Origin: Candidatus Babeliales bacterium
GTDB lineage: Bacteria; Babelota; Babeliae; Babelales; JACPOV01
Direction of reading: 5' to 3'
Assembly: GCA_020054235.1 (NCBI GenBank)
Contig: JAGVLQ010000015.1
Span: 1,033-65,032, forward strand
DNA: 64,000 bases
Each line of letters starts with the position of its first letter. Position 1 is the stretch's first letter. The position numbers and the translations under genes were made by a program. Shown here piece after piece: positions 32,608 through 41,728 of this stretch. Under the pieces are notes generated by a model, which saw nothing but the letters and a program-made list of their open reading frames with translations, searched no databases and was not told where the DNA came from.

Positions 32608-32967
32608 ATGAATCATCAAATAGGTAGAAAAAAATTAAACGTAAAAGCTTCTCATAAACGAGCGTTATTGAGAAATCAGGTTATGCTTCTCATTGAAAAG
32701 GGGCACTTGGTTTCAACGAAAGCCCGCATTAAGGAAGTACAAAAAATGGCTGAAAAGCTGGTAACGCTTGCGCGCAAAGGCAACACGTTTAACGTGCGCC
32801 GCCGCGCCAAAATGTTCCTTCCTTACAAGGATACTGTCCTTGATAAGCTTTTTGTTGATATTGCGCCACAATACGCAAGTCGACCGGGTGGTTATACCCG
32901 TGTGATACCTTTAGGACGACGCATAAGTGATACAGCACCTATTGCTCGCCTTGAGTGGGTTCAATAG
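32608..32967 (+). CDS. rplQ: 50S ribosomal protein L17
   Basis: GRKKLNVKASHKRALLRNQ, RPGGYTRVIPLGRR. Confidence 0.95.
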   Translation: MNHQIGRKKLNVKASHKRALLRNQVMLLIEKGHLVSTKARIKEVQKMAEKLVTLARKGNTFNVRRRAKMFLPYKDTVLDKLFVDIAPQYASRPGGYTRVIPLGRRISDTAPIARLEWVQ

Positions 32968-32999
32968 CTTTTAGCAAAGAATGTTCAAATAATTTTGAG

Positions 33000-33029
33000 G
33001 GGATACTTTTTTAAAGTATCCCTTTTTTT
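33000..33029 (+). terminator. Rho-independent terminator closing the ribosomal supercluster
   Basis: GGGATACTTT (33000-33009), short loop, AAAGTATCCC (33013-33022), T7. Confidence 0.75.
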
Positions 33030-33175
33030 CTGCTTATACCTTATTATTCTGAATTCTGGTCCTTTTTCTTGGTATTAATTTTCTATAAGCAAAAAGGTTG
33101 CAATAAAGATATATTCTGTTATAATTAAAAATTATAAATTTCAATTATGCAATATATATAAGCGAAGGAAATATT

Positions 33176-33637
33176 ATGCATAGACAGATTTTATCCTTAA
33201 TAGTTTTATTATTTACGTTTGGAGTTTTAAATCTTTTTGCTATGGAGAGGTCTCAAGAATATAGTTTTGATGAATATTCTTGTTTTGAACAATCCGATGA
33301 ATTCTCTGGATCAGAATTTTATTGGCAAAGAGTTGAAGAGGTTTTATTAAAGGGTCGTGAGGACTTCAAGCAGAATCAGAAATTAATACCTGATTTTTTA
33401 AGCTCGCTTACTAGTTCTAAATATGCAAAAGAGCATGAAATAAAATTTAATCAAAACAGAATTGGACGCGAAGGGATGGGCACTACATTTATTCTAAAAG
33501 GAGCTCAAGCTTTTCAAACAAATAAACCGGTAGGCTCTCCACCATTATGGGTATGTATGCGAGCAAATAGTGATCCCCAAATAGTACAGTTTACTTCAAG
33601 TCAATTGAAATGGGTCAATAAAAATAAGGCAAAATAA
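33176..33637 (+). CDS. hypothetical secreted protein (153 aa)
   Basis: Signal peptide MHRQILSLIVLLFTFGVLNLFA/MERSQE, acidic N-terminal region. AAGGAAATATT precedes the ATG. Followed by a strong terminator. Confidence 0.55.
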   Translation: MHRQILSLIVLLFTFGVLNLFAMERSQEYSFDEYSCFEQSDEFSGSEFYWQRVEEVLLKGREDFKQNQKLIPDFLSSLTSSKYAKEHEIKFNQNRIGREGMGTTFILKGAQAFQTNKPVGSPPLWVCMRANSDPQIVQFTSSQLKWVNKNKAK

Positions 33638-33676
33638 CAAATAGTAAATATACGTTTAAATCATCGTAACAAAAAA

Positions 33677-33709
33677 GAGAGTGGTCGTTTTTCGACCACT
33701 CTCTTTTTT
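33677..33709. terminator. bidirectional Rho-independent terminator between convergent genes
   Basis: GAGAGTGGTCG (33677-33687), loop TTTTT, CGACCACTCTC (33693-33703), T6. A6 upstream. Confidence 0.85.
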
Positions 33710-33727
33710 GTTGTAAAAATGTTTTGC

Positions 33728-35467
33728 TTATACAATTGGCGTGACTGCATCTGGTGTTATGCGTACACGTGTGCCATCGCGCAAAGTAATTTCAAATCCA
33801 GTAAAGCCGCTTTCATGATAGATGCGTGCATGGTCTTGAAGTACTTTGATAGCAATTCTTTCGCCAAAAAGAAGAGATTCATCACCGTCAGAGCGGTAGT
33901 GAACGCCAGCCCAGTTACGTGAAATTGCAACATTTGATGCTAATTTATCAAGTTCTCCGGCAACTGTTAAAAGATGTGCTCCTTCATTAACGGGTAAATC
34001 AACTAGAGTTGAGCCATCAGCAGATGGTTTTTTAGGCGTAAGGAATGTATGAAGAAGCGCTGTGTCATCAAAAAAAGCTTTTAATGCTGTTGTGCAAGCA
34101 GCTGCAACGGTTGCATGTCCTGCTGGATAAGAAGGGTGAACAGGTGACCCTTCTGGATATAATTGATTGAGTAAGTAGGTATCAGTTGATTGTGCATAAT
34201 ATGGGTCTTGTAGATGGTTAGTTGCAAGTACCCAAGCAAGAAGATCAACGTTTCCAGCTGGTGTAACGTAGGTTGCAAAAAGTGAAGCATCAAGATTGTA
34301 TGGATTTGTAGCGGTAACTTTTGCCAGATTTACTAAGCCTGCCATAGCTTCTGGGCGCAGTCTTCTGTTTGCAAGCCATTTATGGGCCCAGCAATGCTTG
34401 AATGCTTCTTCCATACATGCCATAACAACTCGGTACATGTCGCCGATCATAAACGTTATAAAGCCTTGTTCTTTAGGTGCAGATCCATTCAAATATGGTG
34501 ATGCAGGAGAAAGCGGTGCGCCATTGTAAAGTAAAATATTAACTGCATAAAATTCATATTCACCAGGGCCATCATTATGTACGGAGGTTCCACCATCTTT
34601 ACCAGTTATGATATAACGTTGACCGCTGAAGTCGCTGCCATTATAAGGTTTTGGTATTACACCGTTTTGTATAGCAGTAAAATCTGTCAGTGATGCTCCA
34701 AATTGACGAGCTTGAGCAACCGGTAGTTGCTGTCGTTGTTCTACACTTTGGAAAAAAGGGTGAATTGGAAGCCACCATAATTGTGAAATGTAAGGTCCAA
34801 CAGGATCACCAACAGAATTGCCTCTAAAAATGTTAGCAGCAGTAACAGGCTTTGGTCCTTTGTAGGCATCACCCAGTGCATTCAAAATTGCTGCAGCATT
34901 GTTTGTTTTTGAGCCACCATTGACGGTATCCGCATCAGTTCCTGCCCCTGTGCCATAATCTGAAAAACGCACATCGCGGCAGATCATCATTAAGTAATCT
35001 TCTATCATATCGGCGGCAGCTTGCGCACTTGAAAGATTTGGTGCTGGAGGTAACGGAGCAATCATTCCAGGTATTCCTTCAAGGCTACGTGCAAAACTTG
35101 CTTGAGGATTTACGAATTTTCTGGTGTTTTCGGGTGCTTGTACAATTGCGTTGAAGGCAGCTTGCTGACCAGTATTAACAGCAGTTAGTAGGCGTTGATA
35201 GTTTATTTGCCCGTTGGCTGTTAATAATCCTGTTACCGCATCGTGCTCTAACGTTTTGCTAAATGATCCGGCATAGGCAACCAAATTATCATCGCCATTG
35301 TGTTCAGCATAGATATTATAATTTGGTTGTTTTAATACCATATTAACTGCAGACATCATTCTGCAAGCGTAATTAATTCCCTTTGGGTTATTAGTAGGGC
35401 TATAGAAATAATTTTCTGCTTTCAGTGAGCTGATGCTTAGCAAGAGAAGTAAAAAACGTAGTTTCAT
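33728..35467 (-). CDS. secreted vanadium-dependent haloperoxidase / PAP2 acid-phosphatase-superfamily protein
   Basis: Signal peptide MKLRFLLLLLSISSLKA. The three PAP2/VHPO motifs in order: KWLANRRLRPE, HPSYPAGHATVAAA, SRNWAGVHYRSDGDESLLFGERIA. Confidence 0.7.
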   Translation of the reverse strand: MKLRFLLLLLSISSLKAENYFYSPTNNPKGINYACRMMSAVNMVLKQPNYNIYAEHNGDDNLVAYAGSFSKTLEHDAVTGLLTANGQINYQRLLTAVNTGQQAAFNAIVQAPENTRKFVNPQASFARSLEGIPGMIAPLPPAPNLSSAQAAADMIEDYLMMICRDVRFSDYGTGAGTDADTVNGGSKTNNAAAILNALGDAYKGPKPVTAANIFRGNSVGDPVGPYISQLWWLPIHPFFQSVEQRQQLPVAQARQFGASLTDFTAIQNGVIPKPYNGSDFSGQRYIITGKDGGTSVHNDGPGEYEFYAVNILLYNGAPLSPASPYLNGSAPKEQGFITFMIGDMYRVVMACMEEAFKHCWAHKWLANRRLRPEAMAGLVNLAKVTATNPYNLDASLFATYVTPAGNVDLLAWVLATNHLQDPYYAQSTDTYLLNQLYPEGSPVHPSYPAGHATVAAACTTALKAFFDDTALLHTFLTPKKPSADGSTLVDLPVNEGAHLLTVAGELDKLASNVAISRNWAGVHYRSDGDESLLFGERIAIKVLQDHARIYHESGFTGFEITLRDGTRVRITPDAVTPIV

Positions 35468-35485
35468 TTACTTATTCCTTTCTTT

Positions 35486-37129
35486 TTAAAAACCAATGCC
35501 AAATTTGCCCCAAACAAGCCAACGATCTAAGCTGGTGTTCATTCTTCCTGCAAATTCATAGGAACCGCCAACGCTAATTTTCATTGGAAAACAAGTATCA
35601 TCCCAGCGATAGCCGATTGCGCTATAAACGGTATGAGAAATTACACAAGGGTGTGCTGCTGATGCTAAATCAAGATCATCTTGTGAAATAATGCCACGAT
35701 CATAGTTAGCATTGGCGTTTGCTAAATTGCTATCAATATTTAAAAAACTTGCTTCATTTGATAATTGATCAGCTGTCATATTGCGGACAGGGTTGGTAAG
35801 ACCGTTTCCTACATGATCTTTAATTGCAGCTTCAGTGCCAAATGGTTTTCTTAATGAAACACATTCTGCTTGGCGTGCGTAGAAGTTGTAACCAATTTCG
35901 CTATCAAAGCCTCTGCAGCAGCGATTGTGCTGTAACGTAAGAGCCATATTATGGGTGTAATTAAAACCAGGTTTTACGCGTACATCTTGTGTTAAAACAT
36001 TAATGCCGGGGTTAGAAAGGAAAATTGCTTGGAGCATTTCTTCCGGAGTTGTTGGAGCTTGACCAAGATCATTCGCTTGTATTCCTTGTGCACGATCACG
36101 ATACGTTTCGATATAACGACTCCAAGGTTTGTATTTCAAATCCATAGAGCGTTTTTGTGTGTTTGCAAAAAGATATTGCATTACCAAATCAGTTTCTAAA
36201 TTAAGTAATAAATCTCGGTTGCAATTTTCAAAGATTTGAATGCCGCCGTTAGCACCCCAAAGCACACCATAATGACCACCGTTACCAGCAATTGGTTCAA
36301 ACACAAAACGAGCATCAGGTTTGTTGCCAACACCTAAAGTTGCACCGATGTACGGGTCAAAATAATAACAATCTTCATCAACCCAGTTCATACCAACTTG
36401 TACTTGAATAAACCCAAGTTTCGTTGTTTTATGTACCTTGTTATCGATTTTGCCGTAGTTCCAACCAGTTTGTGTGAGCGCTGTTGTCATATTAAACTGT
36501 GGATCATTAAGATTAGTTGTTTGACCTGCAATTGGTTGTACCGTATAAAATTGTGCACCTTCTGCTACGGTTTCTTCTAAGCCCATCGTATTACGCACAT
36601 GAAGTACTGGTGCATTGATACTTGCCCAAAAAACATGTTCGCCAAGGCAACGTTCTACTTGCCAGCCGAAACCAAAACCAATCACGGATTGTTGAGGATT
36701 TAAGGTAATAATGCTTTTGAAGGGATTGGTAAGGTTTGGTGTTGTACTTCCTAAAATAACAGCTGCAGTATCTGGGCTGAACTGTACACTAAAGATATTA
36801 AAGTGCTGAGGCAAAATTGCTTTGCTATTAACCCCAATAGTACCATCTACTGGAATTTCATTTGAGCAATACGGTGCAAAGTATTTTCCTAAGTTTTTTT
36901 TATTGGTTGATTGTCCACCAAAAACAACACCCTGAAAGCTCATGCCTATCCCGCATTCACGCTCTTTGCGTAAATTGCGAGCGAGGGCTTCATATTCGGG
37001 TGAACCAATTTGAAATTGAGGTCGAACAGCAAAATAAGTATGGCTTATTGCTTTGCAGCTGCAATCGTCTGCAAAAATGCCAGATGAAATGGTGGAAAGC
37101 AATAGAAGCCAAAGCAGATGTTTTTTCAT
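35486..37129 (-). CDS. cysteine-rich outer-membrane beta-barrel protein (porin/MOMP-like), family unknown
   Basis: Signal peptide MKKHLLWLLLLSTISSGIFA. Alternating amphipathic strands. C-terminal OMP signature ...WGKFGIGF ending in Phe. 13 Cys. AAAGGAGAGG RBS. 18 nt upstream of the haloperoxidase-like gene. Confidence 0.6.
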   Translation of the reverse strand: MKKHLLWLLLLSTISSGIFADDCSCKAISHTYFAVRPQFQIGSPEYEALARNLRKERECGIGMSFQGVVFGGQSTNKKNLGKYFAPYCSNEIPVDGTIGVNSKAILPQHFNIFSVQFSPDTAAVILGSTTPNLTNPFKSIITLNPQQSVIGFGFGWQVERCLGEHVFWASINAPVLHVRNTMGLEETVAEGAQFYTVQPIAGQTTNLNDPQFNMTTALTQTGWNYGKIDNKVHKTTKLGFIQVQVGMNWVDEDCYYFDPYIGATLGVGNKPDARFVFEPIAGNGGHYGVLWGANGGIQIFENCNRDLLLNLETDLVMQYLFANTQKRSMDLKYKPWSRYIETYRDRAQGIQANDLGQAPTTPEEMLQAIFLSNPGINVLTQDVRVKPGFNYTHNMALTLQHNRCCRGFDSEIGYNFYARQAECVSLRKPFGTEAAIKDHVGNGLTNPVRNMTADQLSNEASFLNIDSNLANANANYDRGIISQDDLDLASAAHPCVISHTVYSAIGYRWDDTCFPMKISVGGSYEFAGRMNTSLDRWLVWGKFGIGF

Positions 37130-37214
37130 ATCAGAACCTCTCCTTTTTAGGTTATTAGAAAAATTTATTGAACGATATCTATTTCTTAGTATGGATTTTT
37201 AAAAAAAGCAAACT

Positions 37215-39935
37215 TTAACCTTGTTCAAAAATTGAAACTTGACTGCCTTGCGGTCCTTTATTTACTACAAAATGAACAGGAAATTGATCTTTCATCGCTG
37301 GTAAGTGTGAAACGATGATAACTTTGGAAAAGTTGTCTTGAATTTTTAAAATTGCATCCATAACATGATTCAGCCCTTCTTCATCTTGGGAGCCAAAACC
37401 TTCGTCAATAATCAAGGTTTGCAATGATGTACCGGCGCGGCGTGCCAGAAGTTTTGAAATAGCAATACGTAAGGCAAAATCGATACGGAATGCTTCTCCG
37501 CCGGAAAACATTTCATAGGGGCGAATACCCATGGGGTCTGATATTTTAATGTCGAGGGTTTCTTTGGTACCGCCTTTTTTTAAATCGCGCAGCGATTCAA
37601 TAATGATATGCGCTTGATTATTTGTCAAATCAGCTAATAAATTATTTGCTTCTTGTTCAATTTCTGGCAGTGCATCTTCAATAAGCAAAGCTTGAATGCC
37701 ATCTTTAGAAAGTGCGGTTGCCAAAATTTGATAGTCAAACATTGTCTCTTGCAGGTCTGCAAGTTTTTTTTCTTGCTCGTGTAATTCAGTTTTTTGTTTT
37801 TCAAGATGTCGTTGTTGTTGTTCTAGGCTTCCTTTTTGATGCACTAAGTATTCTTTTTTTTGCTGAATTTCACTAAGTATTGCTTGCAGTTCTGTTTGTT
37901 TTTCGAGTAATACATCTTTTTGCTGTTTGATCGAAAGCGTCTCAATTTGTTTTTTGAGCTGTTCTTTCTTTTTTTTGATGTCTCTCAATTGTTGGCAACC
38001 TTTAAATATTTCTTCTTTGCGTTGTTCTTGTTGCTTTATTTCATGTTGTATATTGGCTAACTCTTGTTGTTGGTTGATAAGTTCCTGAAGTTTTTGTTGA
38101 GCAGCTTTATGCTGTACTGGATCATAGCTTAATGATTCTAGGGCTTTTTGCACCTGCAAGCATTTGTTTTTTAGTTCAAGATAACCTGGGTTGCTTTCGA
38201 TTTCTTTTTGCATTTGGCCTTGTTCTAGCATAAATAATTTTTGTTGTTCGCTCAGATTTTTAGTAAGTACATCAAAATCCAAAGAATTTTTTTTATGCTC
38301 ATCTTTTAACGAATTTAAATGTTCTGTCTTTTTTGTAATTGCATTTTTTATATCATTTAGGCGTGCTTGTACTACATGTTCTTGTTGTTTTTGAGCGCGT
38401 AACGTTTCTAATTGTTTATGTTGATCTACTAAAAGTGGTTTTAAATCGCTCAAGATTAGTGTGAATCGTTTTAATTGATGTGAAATTATATGCTCTTGCT
38501 TTTCAAACTGATTTTTCAAAAATTTTTTTCGTGATGCTGAAAGATTTTGTTCACACAGTGGACAACTTGGATTATTCGGATCATGAATTAATACCTTTTT
38601 TTGTTCTAAATTTTTTTTTTCAGAACTCAAAAGGTTTGCTTGGGCAATCCAGCGGTGATAGTGCGATTTTCTTTTTTCAAACTGTTGTTCAATGTTTGTA
38701 AATGATTCTTGTTTGTTTCCAAAATCCTCAAGATTTTTTTCAAGAATACCATGTTCGTTAGTAAGCTTTTCTAGCTCGTGACAGAGTTCAGTTATTTTTT
38801 TTTCAGTTTGATTTAATGTTAATTTTTTAAATTCGAGATCTGTTTGCAAACGTTCGAGAGCAAACTGTTTTTTATGTAATTGAGCCGTATAATCATGCCT
38901 TAGCTGATTTAAAATTTTCTGCTCGTGTTCTCTTGTAAATAAAAGCTGTTCTTTAAGCGCAAAGCTTTTTTCTTGTAATGCTATGAAGCGATTAACTTCG
39001 GTGCTTAATTTGTTTTTTTCTTTTTCAAGCTCAGAAGGATTTTTTATTATATGTTGTTTTTTATTAACCAAGCGCCATTGAGTAAAATCAGCATGGATTT
39101 TTTGATATCGCTCCTGTAGTTCATTCGATGCTTGTTCATATTTAAAAACCAATAGCGATTGTTCTTGCTCTTGTTTTGCTAAGATTTCTTTTTCTATTTC
39201 AAGATTTTTGCAAAGATTTTGCTGTTCTTGCTCATTTTTTAAAACAAGTTCAAAATCGTTTTGTACCGTTTTTAAGTTCTGGGAAAGCACCTCTTCTTGT
39301 AATAAATCTTGCTTAATTTTTTCTTGCAGCTGTTTTAAATGGACACCATCAGCATTTGCTGTTTTGGCTTTTTCCATCGCTGCTTTGCGAATGGTTTCAT
39401 ATTTGTCTAGCTGCAAAATGGAGGCTAAAATTTCTTTACGTTCTTTGGGGGATTTTTTAGAAAATTCATTGGCATTTCCTTGACGCAAAAAGGCAGAATT
39501 GACAAAAGCGTCATAATCAAGCCCTAACATTCTGTCTATGGTTTCTTGTGTATCGCGAATTGTTTTTTCAGTAAGTGGGCGTAAATGTTCTGTTTCTCGT
39601 TCTAAAATACCAAATTCAAGAGATGCATAGGGATTGCCTTTTTTTGTTAAGGCAAATTCACGTCGAACGCGATACATTTGATTATTAAAAATGAAATCAA
39701 AAATTACCAGCATAGTCGTTTGACCAAGGCGCAAAAGCTGTGCATCTGGTTTTAAAGTACCGCTTGTTTTGCGGGCTTGCCCCCAAAGAGCCCAGGTCAT
39801 GGCATCAAGTAATGCAGATTTTCCGTGACCATTTTTACCACTTAAGCAAATAAGAGGATAGGGGCCAAAATCTATTTCTTGAAGTTTAGGGCCGTAACTT
39901 AAAAAATTTTTGATTTGTATTTTTAAGGGAATCAT
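37215..39935 (-). CDS. sbcC: SbcC/Rad50-family DNA repair ATPase (exonuclease SbcCD subunit C)
   Basis: IKNFLSYGPKLQEIDF..LICLSGKNGHGKSALLDAMTWALWG (Walker A). Long coiled coil with zinc hook CPLCEQ. MFSGGEAFRIDFALRIA (signature), LIIDEGFGSQD (Walker B), IIVSH. ATG 39935 is preferred over ORF-track 40022. Confidence 0.85.
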   Translation of the reverse strand: MIPLKIQIKNFLSYGPKLQEIDFGPYPLICLSGKNGHGKSALLDAMTWALWGQARKTSGTLKPDAQLLRLGQTTMLVIFDFIFNNQMYRVRREFALTKKGNPYASLEFGILERETEHLRPLTEKTIRDTQETIDRMLGLDYDAFVNSAFLRQGNANEFSKKSPKERKEILASILQLDKYETIRKAAMEKAKTANADGVHLKQLQEKIKQDLLQEEVLSQNLKTVQNDFELVLKNEQEQQNLCKNLEIEKEILAKQEQEQSLLVFKYEQASNELQERYQKIHADFTQWRLVNKKQHIIKNPSELEKEKNKLSTEVNRFIALQEKSFALKEQLLFTREHEQKILNQLRHDYTAQLHKKQFALERLQTDLEFKKLTLNQTEKKITELCHELEKLTNEHGILEKNLEDFGNKQESFTNIEQQFEKRKSHYHRWIAQANLLSSEKKNLEQKKVLIHDPNNPSCPLCEQNLSASRKKFLKNQFEKQEHIISHQLKRFTLILSDLKPLLVDQHKQLETLRAQKQQEHVVQARLNDIKNAITKKTEHLNSLKDEHKKNSLDFDVLTKNLSEQQKLFMLEQGQMQKEIESNPGYLELKNKCLQVQKALESLSYDPVQHKAAQQKLQELINQQQELANIQHEIKQQEQRKEEIFKGCQQLRDIKKKKEQLKKQIETLSIKQQKDVLLEKQTELQAILSEIQQKKEYLVHQKGSLEQQQRHLEKQKTELHEQEKKLADLQETMFDYQILATALSKDGIQALLIEDALPEIEQEANNLLADLTNNQAHIIIESLRDLKKGGTKETLDIKISDPMGIRPYEMFSGGEAFRIDFALRIAISKLLARRAGTSLQTLIIDEGFGSQDEEGLNHVMDAILKIQDNFSKVIIVSHLPAMKDQFPVHFVVNKGPQGSQVSIFEQG

Positions 39936-40072
39936 AAAAAGTTCTTGCCTATACTTTTTTATTGTTAGTTTAGCGCAAGAACCGAATATCTCAATAAAAT
40001 TAATGTAGATTCGATTTAACAATTATTTTTGAAATAATATTAGATCGACTAATTCAAATAACTTTAAATTTT

Positions 40073-40222
40073 CCGTTCGTGGTGAGGAGCCGAAGGCGTC
40101 TCGAACCATTCGAACACTAAATTTTACTAATTTAAAATGAAATTTTTATTTCTTACAATTTTTTTTCTTTTGAGTTCATGGTTCGAGACATTTTTCTTCG
40201 AAAAATCCTCACCACGAACGGG
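40073..40222. repeat. inverted doublet of a ~45-nt hairpin repeat (copies c1 40073-40117 forward, c2 40172-40222 reverse; 54-nt AT-rich spacer)
   Basis: c1 is CCGTTCGTGGTGAGGAGCCGAAGGCGTCTCGAACCATTCGAACAC. Reverse complement of c2 is CCGTTCGTGGTGAGGATTTTTCGAAGAAAAATGTCTCGAACCATGAACTC. Related copies lie at 48694-48878 and 57261-57300. Confidence 0.85.
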
Positions 40223-40261
40223 ATAGTGAAATTAATTTATGGATACGCTTGTAAATAAAGT

Positions 40262-40969
40262 TTATTTCGACAAACTTTTCAAATTTTCTACTTCATCTTC
40301 TTTTAAATATCGCCAGGCACCAGGTTTTAAATCTTTTTGAGTAAGGCCTGCATAATTAATCCGATCAAGTTTTTTAACCTTCAAATCCAATGCTTCAAAA
40401 ATTCTGCGAATAATATGCTTCTTGCCGCTGTGGAGCGCAATGCGAACAATTTGGCGATTTTTTAAATTTGGGATATTTACACTATCAACGCGAGCAATGC
40501 CATCTTTTAAGCGAATACCTTTTTTTATTTTTTGAATATGATCTGGCAAGCAAGGTTGATCGAGCGTTGCTTGATACACTTTTTGAATTTCAAACGTTGG
40601 ATGGCTGAGTTTTTGTGCTAATGATCCGTCATTGGTCAAAACAATTAAACCCGTTGTTTCCTTATCAAGGCGACCGATAGGATACAAGCGTTTTTTTTGA
40701 GCAAGCGGAACCAAGTCAAGAACAGTGTTGCGTCCCATTTCATCTGCTGTTGTGCTTACATAACCTGCAGGCTTATTTACTAAAACATAAATATATGGGT
40801 CAGGTTTAATTACCCGTTTTTTGTAACGCACAACATCAGTTGGTTTTACTTGATAGGTTGGGGTAGTAATGATGGCATTATTGATGCTTACCAACCCCTC
40901 TTTAATGAGCGCGACGGCTTTTCTGCGTGAGCAAATACCGGCTTGTGCTAAGTAATGATTTAAAAACAA
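40262..40969 (-). CDS. pseudouridine synthase, RsuA/RluB family (S4 domain plus catalytic domain), TTG start
   Basis: LNHYLAQAGICSRRKA (S4), GRLDKETTGLIVLTNDG (catalytic Asp motif), 235 aa. Confidence 0.85.
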   Translation of the reverse strand: MFLNHYLAQAGICSRRKAVALIKEGLVSINNAIITTPTYQVKPTDVVRYKKRVIKPDPYIYVLVNKPAGYVSTTADEMGRNTVLDLVPLAQKKRLYPIGRLDKETTGLIVLTNDGSLAQKLSHPTFEIQKVYQATLDQPCLPDHIQKIKKGIRLKDGIARVDSVNIPNLKNRQIVRIALHSGKKHIIRRIFEALDLKVKKLDRINYAGLTQKDLKPGAWRYLKEDEVENLKSLSK

Positions 40970-40996
40970 GCGAAGTTCCTAATGTTTAAATCGTTT

Positions 40997-41728
40997 TTAT
41001 TTTGATGAAGCCAGAATATATTTCATGAGATCATTATATTCTTGGCATGCTTTTTTGCGAGGTTCCAGATTTTTAAAAGGTGAATTGCAATTTTCGTTAA
41101 TTTTATGTTGTAATTTTTGTAACGTAGCTTGGTTCAAATCTGTACTTATTTCTAAGGCTTTTTTAAACGCTTGTGTATTACGTTTTTCCAAAGACCAATA
41201 AAAGATCGTTTCAAGATCTTCATTGCTGAGTATACTCTCGAGTGCTATTTTTTCTTTGGTTGAGAATGCATACAATTTTTCAAAACTATCAATTATTTTA
41301 GGTCCTTTTGTTTGGTGAACCATTTTTTTCAAGCATTCAAGCATTTGATCTTTATCAATGAGGCCATCTTTTAAGTATTGATCCAGTTGGTCTTTGTTGT
41401 TTGCTTTAATTGCATCATCAATACAAGCTTTAAAAGTTTTTTCAAGGTTATCAAGTGATGAATTTTGGTCAATTGACGAAATGGGTTCTTCCTTTTTTTC
41501 AGAACTATCTGAATCAATTTCTGCAATTTGCATTTCAAAAGGGTTAACTTTTTCCTTAGTTTTTTTTGGCTTTTTTAAAGATAAAAGCTGTGCCGTAAAA
41601 TCAATAGTACTTTTTTGTGGTTCGTGCAATTCTTCTTGGGTTAATTCGATTTCAGAGTCTGCAAATAGTGTTGCGCTGGTCATTAAAAAAAGAATAAAAA
41701 AAGAGTTTTTGTATGACGTAGCTTTCAT
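40997..41728 (-). CDS. hypothetical secreted acidic protein
   Basis: ATG 41728 is preferred (GGAAGG RBS). Signal peptide MKATSYKNSFFILFLMTSATLFA/DSE. Ser/Glu/Lys-rich, with LKKPKKTKEK. Confidence 0.55.
   Translation of the reverse strand: MKATSYKNSFFILFLMTSATLFADSEIELTQEELHEPQKSTIDFTAQLLSLKKPKKTKEKVNPFEMQIAEIDSDSSEKKEEPISSIDQNSSLDNLEKTFKACIDDAIKANNKDQLDQYLKDGLIDKDQMLECLKKMVHQTKGPKIIDSFEKLYAFSTKEKIALESILSNEDLETIFYWSLEKRNTQAFKKALEISTDLNQATLQKLQHKINENCNSPFKNLEPRKKACQEYNDLMKYILASSK

Noticed and set aside
30344-32609. Long antisense ORFs opposite ribosomal and rpoA genes (30344-30829, 31503-31883, 32190-32609; likewise 22311-22670 opposite rplP and 23402-23671 opposite rplN/rplX)
   Set aside because: They lie antisense to unambiguous, highly conserved genes. 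No start context or motifs. They are codon-bias shadows.
33719-34529. Plus-strand ORFs 33719-33922 and 34296-34529, and minus-strand out-of-frame ORF 34081-34293, inside the haloperoxidase-like gene
   Set aside because: They are nested in a 579-aa ORF carrying all three PAP2/VHPO motifs, and contain no independent signals.
38611-38620. A10/T10 homopolymer inside sbcC as a phase-variation switch
   Set aside because: The frame is intact. Lys-rich AT-rich genes here contain many A8-A10 runs (for example 1998-2006). There is no evidence of variation from a single sequence.
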